This document shows, piece after piece, positions 40,039 through 50,216 of a stretch of DNA of 64,000 bases. The notes below the pieces were generated by a model. That model was given only the letters and a program-made list of their open reading frames with translations. It was not told the origin of the DNA and searched no databases. Position 1 is the first letter of the stretch, and the number at the start of each line of letters is the position of its first letter. A program made the position numbers and the translations under genes. The stretch lies in the IMG/VR virus record IMGVR_UViG_3300020576_007701, one strand, 5' to 3'. This DNA is from a virus (lineage: Duplodnaviria; Caudoviricetes).

Positions 40039-40815
40039 ATGAGACCTAAAACCAAAGAAAGAAAAACACCAAAATATATACAAGAAGAAGCTCAGTCTTT
40101 TAAAAGCAGCCCTAAATCTGTGGCTGCAGAATTTATTAAACCAAAAAAACTAGAATTTGAATTAACCAAAAAACAAAAGGATTTAATGAAAATTTTAAGT
40201 AGCAATAAAATAATTACTGTCACAGGACCTCCAGGTACAAGTAAAACTTTTATTGCGTGTTATGCGGCTATACATGCTTATATGACTGGTAAATGCCAAC
40301 ACATCATCTTATCAAAGCCAACAGAAATACTTTCTGGAACAAAAGATCCAGGAGCTCTACCAGGTTCATTAGAAGAAAAAATGGCCGTTTATGCTGAATC
40401 TTTTTTTGATGCTTTTGATGAAATTCTTGATAAAAAAGATTTTAAACATTTGTGGAATGATAAAATAATAGAATTTAAACCAGCTCAATTTTTAAGAGGT
40501 AGAACAATTAAAAACTCTTTTATCATAATCGACGAATTTCAAAATTTTGATATTAAAGCGCTTAAAAGTATAGTTACCAGATTTGGTAGAAATAGCACAA
40601 TCGTATTCATGGGAGATACAAAACAAAATGATATTGGAAAGAAATTTGTAGCGGTTGATTTATTTAATGAAATCATAAAGCCAATAAAGGGTTGCGCTAT
40701 ATTTAAGTTTGAGAGAGGGGATATTGTGCGTGAACAAATTTTAATTGATATTGTAGATAGATTTGAAAAATTTGAAGAAGAAGGCAAGTTCACTGATACC
40801 ATAAAGGGAAATTAA
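40039..40815 (+). CDS. phoH: PhoH-family ATPase
   Basis: GPPGTSKT, GALPG, FLRGRT, IIDEFQN, GDTKQND. Confidence 0.93.
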   Translation: MRPKTKERKTPKYIQEEAQSFKSSPKSVAAEFIKPKKLEFELTKKQKDLMKILSSNKIITVTGPPGTSKTFIACYAAIHAYMTGKCQHIILSKPTEILSGTKDPGALPGSLEEKMAVYAESFFDAFDEILDKKDFKHLWNDKIIEFKPAQFLRGRTIKNSFIIIDEFQNFDIKALKSIVTRFGRNSTIVFMGDTKQNDIGKKFVAVDLFNEIIKPIKGCAIFKFERGDIVREQILIDIVDRFEKFEEEGKFTDTIKGN

Positions 40816-40848
40816 AAAAAACGACTATTTATAGTAAACAAAACGACT

Positions 40849-41052
40849 ATGATAGATTATTTTTATCCAGAACTTGACCCAAAAGGTCAAAAAAGCAAAA
40901 AGTTTGTTAACGAACTTTTAAATCCTGAGCAAGCATATTTTGAAGCTCAGAAGAAAGCTGCTTCTATGCAAAAAACAAAAAATGACATTATGGAAAAAGA
41001 CAATGGAAAGCTTTTAACTAATGATGGAAGAGAAATGTTAAACGAACAATAA
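40849..41052 (+). CDS. Small protein, paralogue of 41061-41231
   Basis: C-terminus NDIMEK...DGREML. Confidence 0.65.
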   Translation: MIDYFYPELDPKGQKSKKFVNELLNPEQAYFEAQKKAASMQKTKNDIMEKDNGKLLTNDGREMLNEQ

Positions 41053-41060
41053 TACACACT

Positions 41061-41231
41061 ATGTTACAAGAAGCTAAAAATAAAAAAACCTCATCAAGAG
41101 ATCTTATTTCTCCTGTTAAAAAGAGCGAACCAAAAGAACAAGTAAAAAAAATAAGTTCTGATTCTAATGATATCATTGAAAGAATCGACCAAAAAGTAGT
41201 TATTGAAGATGGTCGTGAGCTTTTAAAATAA
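41061..41231 (+). CDS. 56-aa protein (not in ORF track), paralogue of 40849-41052
   Basis: MLQEAKNKK...NDIIERIDQKVVIEDGRELLK. Confidence 0.65.
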   Translation: MLQEAKNKKTSSRDLISPVKKSEPKEQVKKISSDSNDIIERIDQKVVIEDGRELLK

Positions 41232-41252
41232 ACCCAAAAAAAATAATCCAAC

Positions 41253-41287
41253 AAAAAAACCCAAGTTTTAATTAGCTTGGGTTTTTT
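41253..41287. terminator. Bidirectional terminator
   Basis: AAAAAACCCAAG...CTTGGGTTTTTT between convergent genes. Confidence 0.75.
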
Positions 41288-41943
41288 GTTATTTTAGTTA
41301 CATTGTTAATGATTGTACTAGTGAGCGGCTTGTTATTTCTATATATTTTAAGCTGTGCTTGGTATCCGACTTTAATGTGCGGAGAAATAACAACTATATC
41401 TCCAGATAGTAAACCTGGAACTGTTGTGTCAGAAACCAAAAAACTGTTATTAGAAACCTTTTTTAAAGTCATTTCTGAACTTAGAGTACTAATTTTAATT
41501 ACAGTGTTATTTGGCACTTTATCATCATTGATAAACTCAGACATTTCTTTATTTTGAAAAACACTACTTCCTTTTACACCAAGATCTTCCAATTCGCTTC
41601 CAAGCATATTTCTAGTCTGAGAAAGATATTCAATTTTTTTCTGATAAGAAGCAATAAGTTTATCTAAAACTAATGCCTTATCTTTTTTTACTCTTTGAAG
41701 TTCTACATATTCTTCGCTTTCACGAGCAGCTTCTTCTTCTCTATTTAATTTTTCAAGTCTTTTTTCATTGACTTCAATAAATCCAGCATCTAAATCCGCT
41801 AACTTATCTTCGATAACATCTATCTTAGAATCTGTTTCTGAATCTATATTCTGGCCATTAGGAGAAAAAGCCTCTTGATTTATAATCTTAAGGCTTTCTC
41901 TTCTAATAAATTCCAAAAGCTGGCTTTTATTCTTTATTTCCAT
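41272..41943 (-). CDS. Coiled-coil hypothetical protein, possible head-core component
   Basis: Start reassigned to 41943 (MEIKNK); co-oriented with 41951-43242. Confidence 0.55.
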   Translation of the reverse strand: MEIKNKSQLLEFIRRESLKIINQEAFSPNGQNIDSETDSKIDVIEDKLADLDAGFIEVNEKRLEKLNREEEAARESEEYVELQRVKKDKALVLDKLIASYQKKIEYLSQTRNMLGSELEDLGVKGSSVFQNKEMSEFINDDKVPNNTVIKISTLSSEMTLKKVSNNSFLVSDTTVPGLLSGDIVVISPHIKVGYQAQLKIYRNNKPLTSTIINNVTKITKNPS

Positions 41944-41950
41944 TTTTTTA

Positions 41951-42862
41951 TTATTCTTCGTCTTCGTTACTAAGGCCTGCAAATTTTCTCATTCTTTTTT
42001 GTTCAGCAAGAATTTTTGCTTGTCTTTCAGAATCTTTACCTTCTAAGAAAATATTTTTCTTGTCAGTTTTAGAACCTTCTGTAATTATTGCGCCTTTTTT
42101 CTTACCGCCTTCACTTACAACTGTATCTTTTTTCATGTCGCCATCTGGATCGCTAAGGTCAGCGTCTTGAGCAACACTCTCACCATCAATTCCTTCTTCT
42201 GAAGTTTTTTCCATTTCAGTTACAACTGCTTCTTGAGCAACTGTTTCTTTTTTAACCTCATCAAATTCTTCTTCTTTTTCAGTGTCTTCTGGACCAGCTT
42301 CTCCATTTTCAGCAGGATTTTCATCAGCAGCAGAATCAACTTCTACTTCTTCGAAATCATCAGCATCAGCATCAGGTTCTCCACCAACTTTTACATCAAC
42401 AGCGCCACCTTCAGAAGCTAATTTAGCATCTATAGATTTACCAAGTTCTGCAAATTTAGCTTCGAATTCTCCCATTGGAGCAGCTTCTGTAGCAGCCATA
42501 GCGCCCATTTCAGAACCCATTTTAGGACCACCCATTTCTGTTTCAGCAGGAGATTCAACGTCAACGTCAAGTCCCATATCTGCAGATCCAGAGTTGTCTA
42601 ATTCTTCTTCGTCTTCTTTTAAAGTCGTAGCGTTTAATTTTTCAAATTTAACTCCAGGTTGTTCACCAGGAACTAAACCAGTTGCAGAACTAGTCTTTTG
42701 CATACCGCTAGCTTCTACTTCACTTAATATTGAGTCTTCACCACTCATTTGTTGAAGTGCTTCATTGATTTCACTTAATCTTTTAGATAAAGTACGTTTC
42801 TTCCACATTTTTTGGAATTCTTCATTTATCATTTTGTCAACTTCGTTTTTTGATATTTTCAT
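41951..42862 (-). CDS. Highly acidic scaffold-like protein
   Basis: Many (I/L)xE sites; ends RMRKFAGL, like the scaffold's RNRQLAGI. Confidence 0.55.
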   Translation of the reverse strand: MKISKNEVDKMINEEFQKMWKKRTLSKRLSEINEALQQMSGEDSILSEVEASGMQKTSSATGLVPGEQPGVKFEKLNATTLKEDEEELDNSGSADMGLDVDVESPAETEMGGPKMGSEMGAMAATEAAPMGEFEAKFAELGKSIDAKLASEGGAVDVKVGGEPDADADDFEEVEVDSAADENPAENGEAGPEDTEKEEEFDEVKKETVAQEAVVTEMEKTSEEGIDGESVAQDADLSDPDGDMKKDTVVSEGGKKKGAIITEGSKTDKKNIFLEGKDSERQAKILAEQKRMRKFAGLSNEDEE

Positions 42863-42885
42863 AATTTTAAGTTATGGGGGTTTAA

Positions 42886-43242
42886 TTATTTATTTTTAAG
42901 TGCCTTATTTTCTTCTTTGAGTTTGGCAATTTCCTCTTTAAGTTTGTCAACTTCGTTTAAAACATCTTCTTGCAAATTAGTTTCTTCAGCCATTTCTTTA
43001 GCTAAATCAGTAATATGAGAAAGGTTGTTATCGTTTACAAATCCGTTTTTTGTTTGATTAGAAGCATCATTTGGAGTAGCAAAGCCGAAACTTGCAACCA
43101 TACCTCTGTTTTCATTTATAGAAGCTAATTCAGAATTAAGCTTTTTAGCCTCTTCGAAAATTTCTTTTTTTCTTTTAACTCTAAGAGCTTCTTCAATTAT
43201 AGCCTGTTTTAATGTTGCAGGTCCGATTTTTTTAGTTGACAT
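42886..43242 (-). CDS. Small coiled-coil putative head-core protein
   Basis: IIEE, INE, LQE, LNE, LKE sites; TATTTAT upstream. Confidence 0.55.
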   Translation of the reverse strand: MSTKKIGPATLKQAIIEEALRVKRKKEIFEEAKKLNSELASINENRGMVASFGFATPNDASNQTKNGFVNDNNLSHITDLAKEMAEETNLQEDVLNEVDKLKEEIAKLKEENKALKNK

Positions 43243-43275
43243 ATTGAATCTTTTTTTAATAAATACTCTAAAAAA

Positions 43276-43307
43276 TTTGATTTTTCGCTTTTATTAAGAT
43301 ATTTTTT
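43276..43307 (+). promoter_or_regulatory. Possible host-type promoter for trx operon
   Basis: TTTG-N20-TATTTTTT. Confidence 0.4.
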
Positions 43308-43352
43308 ATCTCAATAAGCACATTAATAAATATATCAAAAAACATAAAAATC

Positions 43353-43661
43353 ATGGAAAACGTAATAGAAGGCACAAACGCCAATTTTCAAAGCTTAATT
43401 TCTGAGGAAAAAATAACAATAGTAGATTTCTGGGCACCTTGGTGTGGTCCTTGTAGAACACTTGGACCAATTTTAGATGAAATTGCAGAAGAAAACAAAG
43501 ATCTACAAGTTGTAAAAGTAGACGTGGATAGTAATTCAGAATTATCTACAGAATATAAAATAAGAAGCATACCAGCTGTTTATGTCTTTAAATCTGGAGA
43601 GTTAATAAATAAGTTTGTTGGCGTTAAGTCAAAAGAAGAAATTTTAAAATTAATTGCATGA
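43353..43661 (+). CDS. trxA: Thioredoxin
   Basis: VDFWAPWCGPC, IRSIP. Confidence 0.95.
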   Translation: MENVIEGTNANFQSLISEEKITIVDFWAPWCGPCRTLGPILDEIAEENKDLQVVKVDVDSNSELSTEYKIRSIPAVYVFKSGELINKFVGVKSKEEILKLIA

Positions 43662-44296
43662 TAAATGCAGTTGTCTTTGGAGATGGTCGGCATGGCCTTT
43701 TTTCAGAAAGTTTAGAAAAAAATGCAAATGGCGCTTTTAAATGTGTTGAAGTAAAAGATTCATCTACATTCAAGGAAGATGTGTTAAAAGCTTTATCTAG
43801 TGAACTTGAATATACTGCTCTTTTTACAAAAGACAACATTTTGTTTAATCAAATTAATGAGGAAGATATTACAAACACATTGTCTGATGAAGATATTATT
43901 TGTTTTTCATTAAGACTTGGAGAAAATATTACATATTGTAGCACTCTTGAAATGGTGAACAATTTACACGGGCAAGAACATTTTGACAGCATTATGAAGT
44001 GGGACTGGTCTAAACATTATTTAGATTTTGGCTTTCCATTATCTATAAATGGCCATATATTTAGAACTAAAGAATTAACGAAATTAATAAAAAAAGTAAA
44101 TTTTACAAATGCTTTAAGCTTAGAAGAAGGTCTTCAAATGTTTGAATTTCTACCAAGAGAAAAAATGGCTTCTTATATAACAAGCGTTTTAATAAGCGCC
44201 AATGTTTCAACACCAGAGTCGCCGATATTAGAAGAACTAGATTTTTCAAACATAAAAAGCGTAGAACAAATCATAAAAAATAAAAATAATGTATAA
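43658..44296 (+). CDS. Hypothetical, possibly degenerate GT-A-like protein
   Basis: FSLRLG, DFGFPLSINGHIFR; start of glycan island. Confidence 0.4.
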   Translation: MINAVVFGDGRHGLFSESLEKNANGAFKCVEVKDSSTFKEDVLKALSSELEYTALFTKDNILFNQINEEDITNTLSDEDIICFSLRLGENITYCSTLEMVNNLHGQEHFDSIMKWDWSKHYLDFGFPLSINGHIFRTKELTKLIKKVNFTNALSLEEGLQMFEFLPREKMASYITSVLISANVSTPESPILEELDFSNIKSVEQIIKNKNNV

Positions 44297-44870
44297 TTTA
44301 GAAAAAATGTCAAAAAGAGTTCGCCACCTACTTGGTGAGCCAACATATTGTGTAGAACTAACAGATGAATCTATGGAATCATTAATCCAACTTGCAATAA
44401 ACAAATGGAAAATGTTTTCTTCTTTGCACAAAATTAGTACTAAACAAGTAAAGGAAATAGAATATTTTTGGGTAGAATCATATTTTCAAGCTTTATGTAA
44501 AGAATCTCTTGGTATGATACGTGGAAAATTTGACGGCATACAAATACCTGGATCGGTTTTAAAACTTAATTATAAAGATCTTATTTCTAGTTCAGAAATT
44601 GAAAAGAAAAATTTAGAAGAAATGCTCAACACAAACATTGAAAAAACAATTTTAGCCCTATATGTTAATGTTGAAAATTTGAAATACGACGAAATAAACG
44701 AATATATGTCTAAAATTATCAAATCAATTAAAGACCCAAAATTAAAATGTTTCGCTATTGCCACAAAAGGGGAGCCTTCAAGAATAGAATGTTTGTTTCC
44801 AAATTTCACTCCAAGCAAAGAAGTTCAAGAGGCATTAAATAATAAATTGTTATCAATTTTAAAACCATAA
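44289..44870 (+). CDS. Miniature paralogue of neck protein gp13
   Basis: RVRHLLGEP..VELTDE and WV..ALCKESLGMIRGKFDG..IPG..LN match both ends of 22686-23873, central region missing. Confidence 0.8.
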   Translation: MYNLEKMSKRVRHLLGEPTYCVELTDESMESLIQLAINKWKMFSSLHKISTKQVKEIEYFWVESYFQALCKESLGMIRGKFDGIQIPGSVLKLNYKDLISSSEIEKKNLEEMLNTNIEKTILALYVNVENLKYDEINEYMSKIIKSIKDPKLKCFAIATKGEPSRIECLFPNFTPSKEVQEALNNKLLSILKP

Positions 44871-44871
44871 T

Positions 44872-45615
44872 ATGAAAAACAAAATTAAAGTAATTACTCC
44901 TTTTTATAATCCAGGAGAATTTTTAGAAAAGTGCGTAGCATCTTTAACAACTCAAAGATATGATAACTTTGAAATTATATTCATAGACGATTGTTCTACA
45001 GATGGCGCTTTTGATAGACTTCCAAAAGAAGATTCACGTGTAACAATTATTAGAAACACAGAAAGAAAAACCGCTTTAGAAAATATACACATGGCCATTA
45101 TGGAACATTGTGAGCCAGATGATATTGTTGCAATAGTAGATGGTGACGATTGGTTGCCCACCAGAAATGTTTTAAGTTTTATAAACGACTACTACAATCA
45201 GCATGATTGCTGGATTACATATGGCCAAGCCTCTTGGACAGACGGAAGAAGAGGTTTCGCTTCTGCTTATACGCCAGAAGAATTTAAAAATGTAAGAAAA
45301 GCACCATATAAAGTATCTCATCTTAGAACTTGGAGAGCTGGCGTTTTCCAAAAGGTCCAAGAACAAGATCCAAACTTTGATAAAATGAGAGATAAAGATG
45401 GAAAGTTTTATTTAATGTCCTATGACACAGCCATCATGTTCTGTATAATGGAAATAGCTGGCTATGAAAAAACAAAGTTTATTGATGAAATTTTATATGT
45501 TTACAACAGAAGCAATCCACTTTCTGAAGATAAAGTTGATCAGGCTTGGCAATGGGCAGTACATCAAGAGGTGAGTAATAAAATGCCTTTAAAACAAATA
45601 GAAACTTACAAATAA
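44872..45615 (+). CDS. GT2 glycosyltransferase
   Basis: ITPFYN, IDDCSTD, VDGDDW, SHLRT. Confidence 0.9.
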   Translation: MKNKIKVITPFYNPGEFLEKCVASLTTQRYDNFEIIFIDDCSTDGAFDRLPKEDSRVTIIRNTERKTALENIHMAIMEHCEPDDIVAIVDGDDWLPTRNVLSFINDYYNQHDCWITYGQASWTDGRRGFASAYTPEEFKNVRKAPYKVSHLRTWRAGVFQKVQEQDPNFDKMRDKDGKFYLMSYDTAIMFCIMEIAGYEKTKFIDEILYVYNRSNPLSEDKVDQAWQWAVHQEVSNKMPLKQIETYK

Positions 45616-45619
45616 TTTA

Positions 45620-45651
45620 TTTGTTTTTTAAAGTCCAAATTACTATATTTT
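45620..45651 (+). promoter_or_regulatory. Host-type promoter
   Basis: TTTG-N20-TATATTTT. Confidence 0.5.
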
Positions 45652-45667
45652 ATTAAAATAATTACAA

Positions 45668-48277
45668 ATGAAAGAAAAAAAAGAGAAAATAGTAATAACT
45701 GGTGGTTTGGGTTATATAGGTACAGAACTTTGTAAAATATATTCTGGGCACGCTAGATATAAAGAAATAGTAGTTATTGATTCTATTTTTAAATCAGAAA
45801 GAGTTTCGCAATTAACAGATTGGGGTATTAAATTTATACAAGCTTCTATTTTAGATGAATCAGTATTAGAAGAGCAACTTAAGGATGCAAATACTATTAT
45901 TCACTTAGCTGGAATTACCGATGTAGCTTATACAAAAACCGAATCAAACGATGCCAAAGATAAGGAAATTAAAAACATTGGAATTGTTGGTACGCAAAAT
46001 GTAATAAAATATGCAAACAAAGAAGCTAAAATTATATTTCCATCCACGCACGTTGTTTATGAGGGGTTCTCTGAAACAAAAAGAGATATTTTAGAAAATG
46101 AAACTCCAAACCCAGTATTAACATACTCTTTAGGTAAAGTACAATCAGAAAATGATTTAAAAAACTCAGGTTTAAACTATGTAATCCTTAGATTAGCCTC
46201 TGTATACGGCTTCTCAACAGATAGTACCAGAATAAATATAATGCCAAACTTGTTTTCAAAAATAGCTTCACAAAATGGAACTATAAAACTTTTTTCAGCA
46301 GGCGTTCAATTAAAGAGCTTGGTTCCATTGTTTGACGTTGTTAGATGCATGCAATTCATGGAAGAAAATAAAAACATAAACAAAGAAATCTTTCATTTGT
46401 CAAAAGAGAATATGACAGTTAAAGAAGTGGCATTGCTTTGCAAAGAAATAAATTCTAAATTAAATATCGTAGAAACAAACGACGAAATTCCAAATCTAGG
46501 TTACACAATCTCAAATCAAAAATTGTTATCAACTGGTTTTAAATTTAGATATAGTATTAAAGAATGTTTAGAAGAAATGATTTCAAAATGGTCCGAAAAA
46601 ATAAAAACTAAAGATCTAGAACATGTTTCAAAAGGCGGAGATGACTATATTGATGAAAGAGGCAGAATATCAAATTATGAATTAACTGAACCAATAAATT
46701 TAATTGGTTATATTGAGTCTAAAGCTGGGACAGTAAGAGCAAATCACTATCACCCAATTCAAGAGCAAAAATGTCTTTTAATAAAAGGACAATTTATAAG
46801 TGTTATTAAAGATCTTTCAAATCCAGATGCTTTAACTGATACAAAAATTATCAATGAAGGAGACATGTCTGTGATAAAACCAAACGTAGCACACACAATG
46901 GTTTTCACAAAAGATTCAATATTTTTAAATTTGGTTAGAGGAGAAAGAGAACACAAAAATTATGGAATTACACATACAATTCCACATGTATTGGTAGATG
47001 AACCAACCAGGGTAAGGCTTCTTGAAAGTTATAAAACTTTTTGTAGAAGTTGTTATGGAGAAAGACTAAAAAGGGTTATTTCTCTTGGAAATTCGCCGCT
47101 TGCTAATAATTTAAAAAACAGCGCAGATGAAGAAAGTGAAACTTATCCTCTAGAAGTAAACTATTGTGAGGATTGTCATAATTGTCAACTAACATGTGTT
47201 GTACCACCTAGAAAAATGTTTGATAATTATCTTTACGTATCTTCAACCGCTGCTTCTTTTAGAAAGCATTTTGAAGATGCGGCAGATACTTATGTAAAAG
47301 AATTTAATTTAAATTCAAGCTCGCTGGTTGTTGATATTGGAAGCAACGATGGAATAGCTCTTAAACCATTAAAGGAAAAAGGAGTCAATGTTGTAGGTGT
47401 GGAACCAGCTAAAAATATAGCAAAATTAGCAAATGAAAATGGGATAGAAACAATCAATGACTATTTTGATAATAATTCAGTTGAAGAAATTTTAAGCAGA
47501 CACGGCAATGCTGATTTAGTAACTGCTTCAAATGTTTTTGCCCATTCTGACGAACTCGTTAATATCACGAAAGATTCTTTTAAACTATTAAAAGAAAACG
47601 GATCTTTTATAGTTGAGGTGCAGTATCTTTTTGACACCATGAATGATTTAACATTTGATAATATTTACCATGAACATGTAAATTATTGGAGTGTTACATC
47701 AATAAACAACTTCTTTAAAAGCTTAGGTTTTTTTGTATATAATGTTGAACACATAAATACACATGGTGGTTCTATAAGGGTTTTTGTTGGAAGAATTGGC
47801 CAAGTATCTTTAAATGAAAATGTAGAAACATTTTTAGAGAAAGAAAAAGCATTTGGTTTATTAAATTTCGATAGATATGAAAAATTTTCACAAGATGTGG
47901 AAGAGCTTAAAAATAATGTTGTATTTAACATGAATAATTTAAGAGATAAATACAAAGTAATTGCTGGGTATGGATCTCCAGCTAAGGCAACAACTTCTCT
48001 TAATTACTTTGGAATAGATCACAAATATATAGATTACATCATAGAGGATAATAAAATGAAAAATGGTAAGTTTATACCAGGTGTAAACATACCGATAAAA
48101 GATAAAGAATATTGTAATCAAAACTTACCAAATATCATTATTGTAATGGCATGGAATTTCTTTGAGGAAATAAAAAAATCAAACCAAGACTTAATTGACA
48201 AGGGTGTAATTTTTATAAACATTAAAGAGTTACAAAACAAAGATTTTATAATAAAAGATAAAGCCATTATAGCTTAA
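45668..48277 (+). CDS. Trifunctional NDP-sugar enzyme: SDR epimerase/reductase + cupin + C-methyltransferase
   Basis: TGGLGYIG/YSLGK; RANHYH..HT; CRSC..CEDC, DIGSNDG, YHEH, HGGS, GYGSPAKA. Confidence 0.85.
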   Translation: MKEKKEKIVITGGLGYIGTELCKIYSGHARYKEIVVIDSIFKSERVSQLTDWGIKFIQASILDESVLEEQLKDANTIIHLAGITDVAYTKTESNDAKDKEIKNIGIVGTQNVIKYANKEAKIIFPSTHVVYEGFSETKRDILENETPNPVLTYSLGKVQSENDLKNSGLNYVILRLASVYGFSTDSTRINIMPNLFSKIASQNGTIKLFSAGVQLKSLVPLFDVVRCMQFMEENKNINKEIFHLSKENMTVKEVALLCKEINSKLNIVETNDEIPNLGYTISNQKLLSTGFKFRYSIKECLEEMISKWSEKIKTKDLEHVSKGGDDYIDERGRISNYELTEPINLIGYIESKAGTVRANHYHPIQEQKCLLIKGQFISVIKDLSNPDALTDTKIINEGDMSVIKPNVAHTMVFTKDSIFLNLVRGEREHKNYGITHTIPHVLVDEPTRVRLLESYKTFCRSCYGERLKRVISLGNSPLANNLKNSADEESETYPLEVNYCEDCHNCQLTCVVPPRKMFDNYLYVSSTAASFRKHFEDAADTYVKEFNLNSSSLVVDIGSNDGIALKPLKEKGVNVVGVEPAKNIAKLANENGIETINDYFDNNSVEEILSRHGNADLVTASNVFAHSDELVNITKDSFKLLKENGSFIVEVQYLFDTMNDLTFDNIYHEHVNYWSVTSINNFFKSLGFFVYNVEHINTHGGSIRVFVGRIGQVSLNENVETFLEKEKAFGLLNFDRYEKFSQDVEELKNNVVFNMNNLRDKYKVIAGYGSPAKATTSLNYFGIDHKYIDYIIEDNKMKNGKFIPGVNIPIKDKEYCNQNLPNIIIVMAWNFFEEIKKSNQDLIDKGVIFINIKELQNKDFIIKDKAIIA

Positions 48278-48278
48278 T

Positions 48279-49052
48279 ATGAAAAAAGAAATAAACCACA
48301 TATCAGTAATAATACCATCTTATAATGTAGAGGCTTATACTGACGCAGCTTTAACTAGTATTATTAACCAAGATTATCCAGATTTTGAAATAGTTTTTAT
48401 TGACGACAACTCAACGGATAGGACATTTGAAATTGCTCAAGAATATGCCGCCAAATTTCCAAATATGAAATGCATTAGAAATGACAAGAGAAAATTTCCT
48501 CTTGAAAATTTTAAAATAGGTGTTGAAAATTCTCAACCTGGCTCTATATGTGTTTTGTGTGATGGCGATGATTATTATAAACACGAAAATGTTTTACATA
48601 GAATAAACAAAGAATATTCTAAGTATGATTGTTGGGTAACTTTTGGTACATATGAACATGTAAACCCTTATTCGGACGTTTCTGCTCACTATCACCCATA
48701 TCCTGATGAAGTCATAGCAAACAATTCTTTTAGGAGCCACAAATGGCTCGCTAGCCATATTAGAACATGTAGAAAAGAATTATTCGAAATGATAAAAAAT
48801 GAAGACTTAATAGATCCAGCCACAAACAACTATTTTGCTTTTAATAGTGATTTAGCAACTATGTGGCCAATGATGGAAATGGCTTCTGGTTTACCAAATA
48901 AAATTAGGTATATACCAGATGTTATGTATTGTTATAATGTTGGAAATCCAATAAGCGAAAATAAAGTTAATCAAAAAGAAATTGATAGAATCGAAGCTTT
49001 AATAAGAAGTTCAAAGCCATACAATCCAATTTTAGAATTATCTAATGCTTAA
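48279..49052 (+). CDS. GT2 glycosyltransferase, paralogue of 44872-45615
   Basis: IIPSYN, IDDNSTD, CDGDDY, SHIRT. Confidence 0.9.
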   Translation: MKKEINHISVIIPSYNVEAYTDAALTSIINQDYPDFEIVFIDDNSTDRTFEIAQEYAAKFPNMKCIRNDKRKFPLENFKIGVENSQPGSICVLCDGDDYYKHENVLHRINKEYSKYDCWVTFGTYEHVNPYSDVSAHYHPYPDEVIANNSFRSHKWLASHIRTCRKELFEMIKNEDLIDPATNNYFAFNSDLATMWPMMEMASGLPNKIRYIPDVMYCYNVGNPISENKVNQKEIDRIEALIRSSKPYNPILELSNA

Positions 49053-49947
49053 AAATATGAGTCAAATAATTGATGTTTTAAATAATAATATTTTTAGTTA
49101 TAAGGAAATTTTTGAAAATTCTGAAATCAAACTTTTAAATAACGATGAATTTGATATTAACTTCATCATTGGATTTAGAGGTAGAAAAGAGTTTTTAATT
49201 CCAATGATAAATGCATTTAATAAAGCTGCGGATTTTTATAAAAATAAATTTCCAAATGAAAATAAAAAGTTTTGCTTAACACTTGTTGAACATAGTTTAA
49301 CGCCAGAAAATAAAGAAATTATAGGAGATAAAGCGAACTATATTTGGACACCAGGTAATAAATCTGAACAGTATAGTAGAAGTTTTTCTTATAACTTTGG
49401 CGTAAAATACTCTAATAAAGCAAAGTATTACATTTTACACGATTTAGATATTCTTATTAAGGAAAATTTTTTTGAGGAAATTTATTTAAATTTAAAATCC
49501 GAGTGTCTTCAAACATATGGCAAAAGAAGAGTTTTATATATGTCTCAAGAGTTGACAAATTCTGTTTTATCTGGCGATGTTGATTTTAACACTTTTGACG
49601 AAAATTATCCTAATATAAATCCACCACAAATACTTGGATCAAAAGGTGGTTCAATTTTGGTTGGACACGATTTGTATTATGAGGTTGGAGGTTTTGATCC
49701 AGAAATATTTTGGGGATATGCGCCAGAAGATCAACTTTTTTGGGATAAAGTACAGACAATTTTAGGTGAAATAGATTATGCTGACAATCCGCCAATTGAT
49801 ATTTTTCATATGTGGCACCCGCCTACACTACATCATTCAAACGCTGATTATTTTCCAATGGAAAAATGCTTTTATGAATTTAGGGCAATGAATAAAAAAG
49901 CCAGAATGAATTTTATAAATTTAAAAAAAGAACTCTTCAAAGATTGA
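49045..49947 (+). CDS. GT-A glycosyltransferase with GT7-like C-terminus
   Basis: HDLD (DxD), GGFDPEIFWGYAPED, HMWH. Confidence 0.8.
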   Translation: MLKNMSQIIDVLNNNIFSYKEIFENSEIKLLNNDEFDINFIIGFRGRKEFLIPMINAFNKAADFYKNKFPNENKKFCLTLVEHSLTPENKEIIGDKANYIWTPGNKSEQYSRSFSYNFGVKYSNKAKYYILHDLDILIKENFFEEIYLNLKSECLQTYGKRRVLYMSQELTNSVLSGDVDFNTFDENYPNINPPQILGSKGGSILVGHDLYYEVGGFDPEIFWGYAPEDQLFWDKVQTILGEIDYADNPPIDIFHMWHPPTLHHSNADYFPMEKCFYEFRAMNKKARMNFINLKKELFKD

Positions 49948-50216
49948 TTATGAGAACACTTAGAAAATATGTAGATATAGATATTAGAGAAACTGTAAAT
50001 GTTGGAATAGAACTTGATTTCAATGAATTAGTTCAAATAATACAACAATGCACTGATAAAGAAAAAGATGAAATTTTACTTGAATTAAAGGGCGGCGGAG
50101 TAATACCAGAAATTCATGGTAGAACAAGGGTTACTTTATTAGATCAAATGAAAATAGATTTTTTCAGAGAAAATTTTAATAAAATTTCAATCGACCAACT
50201 TCAAACACTTGTGTAA
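49944..50216 (+). CDS. Hypothetical protein
   Basis: ~90-aa ORF coupled to both neighbours. Confidence 0.55.
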   Translation: MIMRTLRKYVDIDIRETVNVGIELDFNELVQIIQQCTDKEKDEILLELKGGGVIPEIHGRTRVTLLDQMKIDFFRENFNKISIDQLQTLV

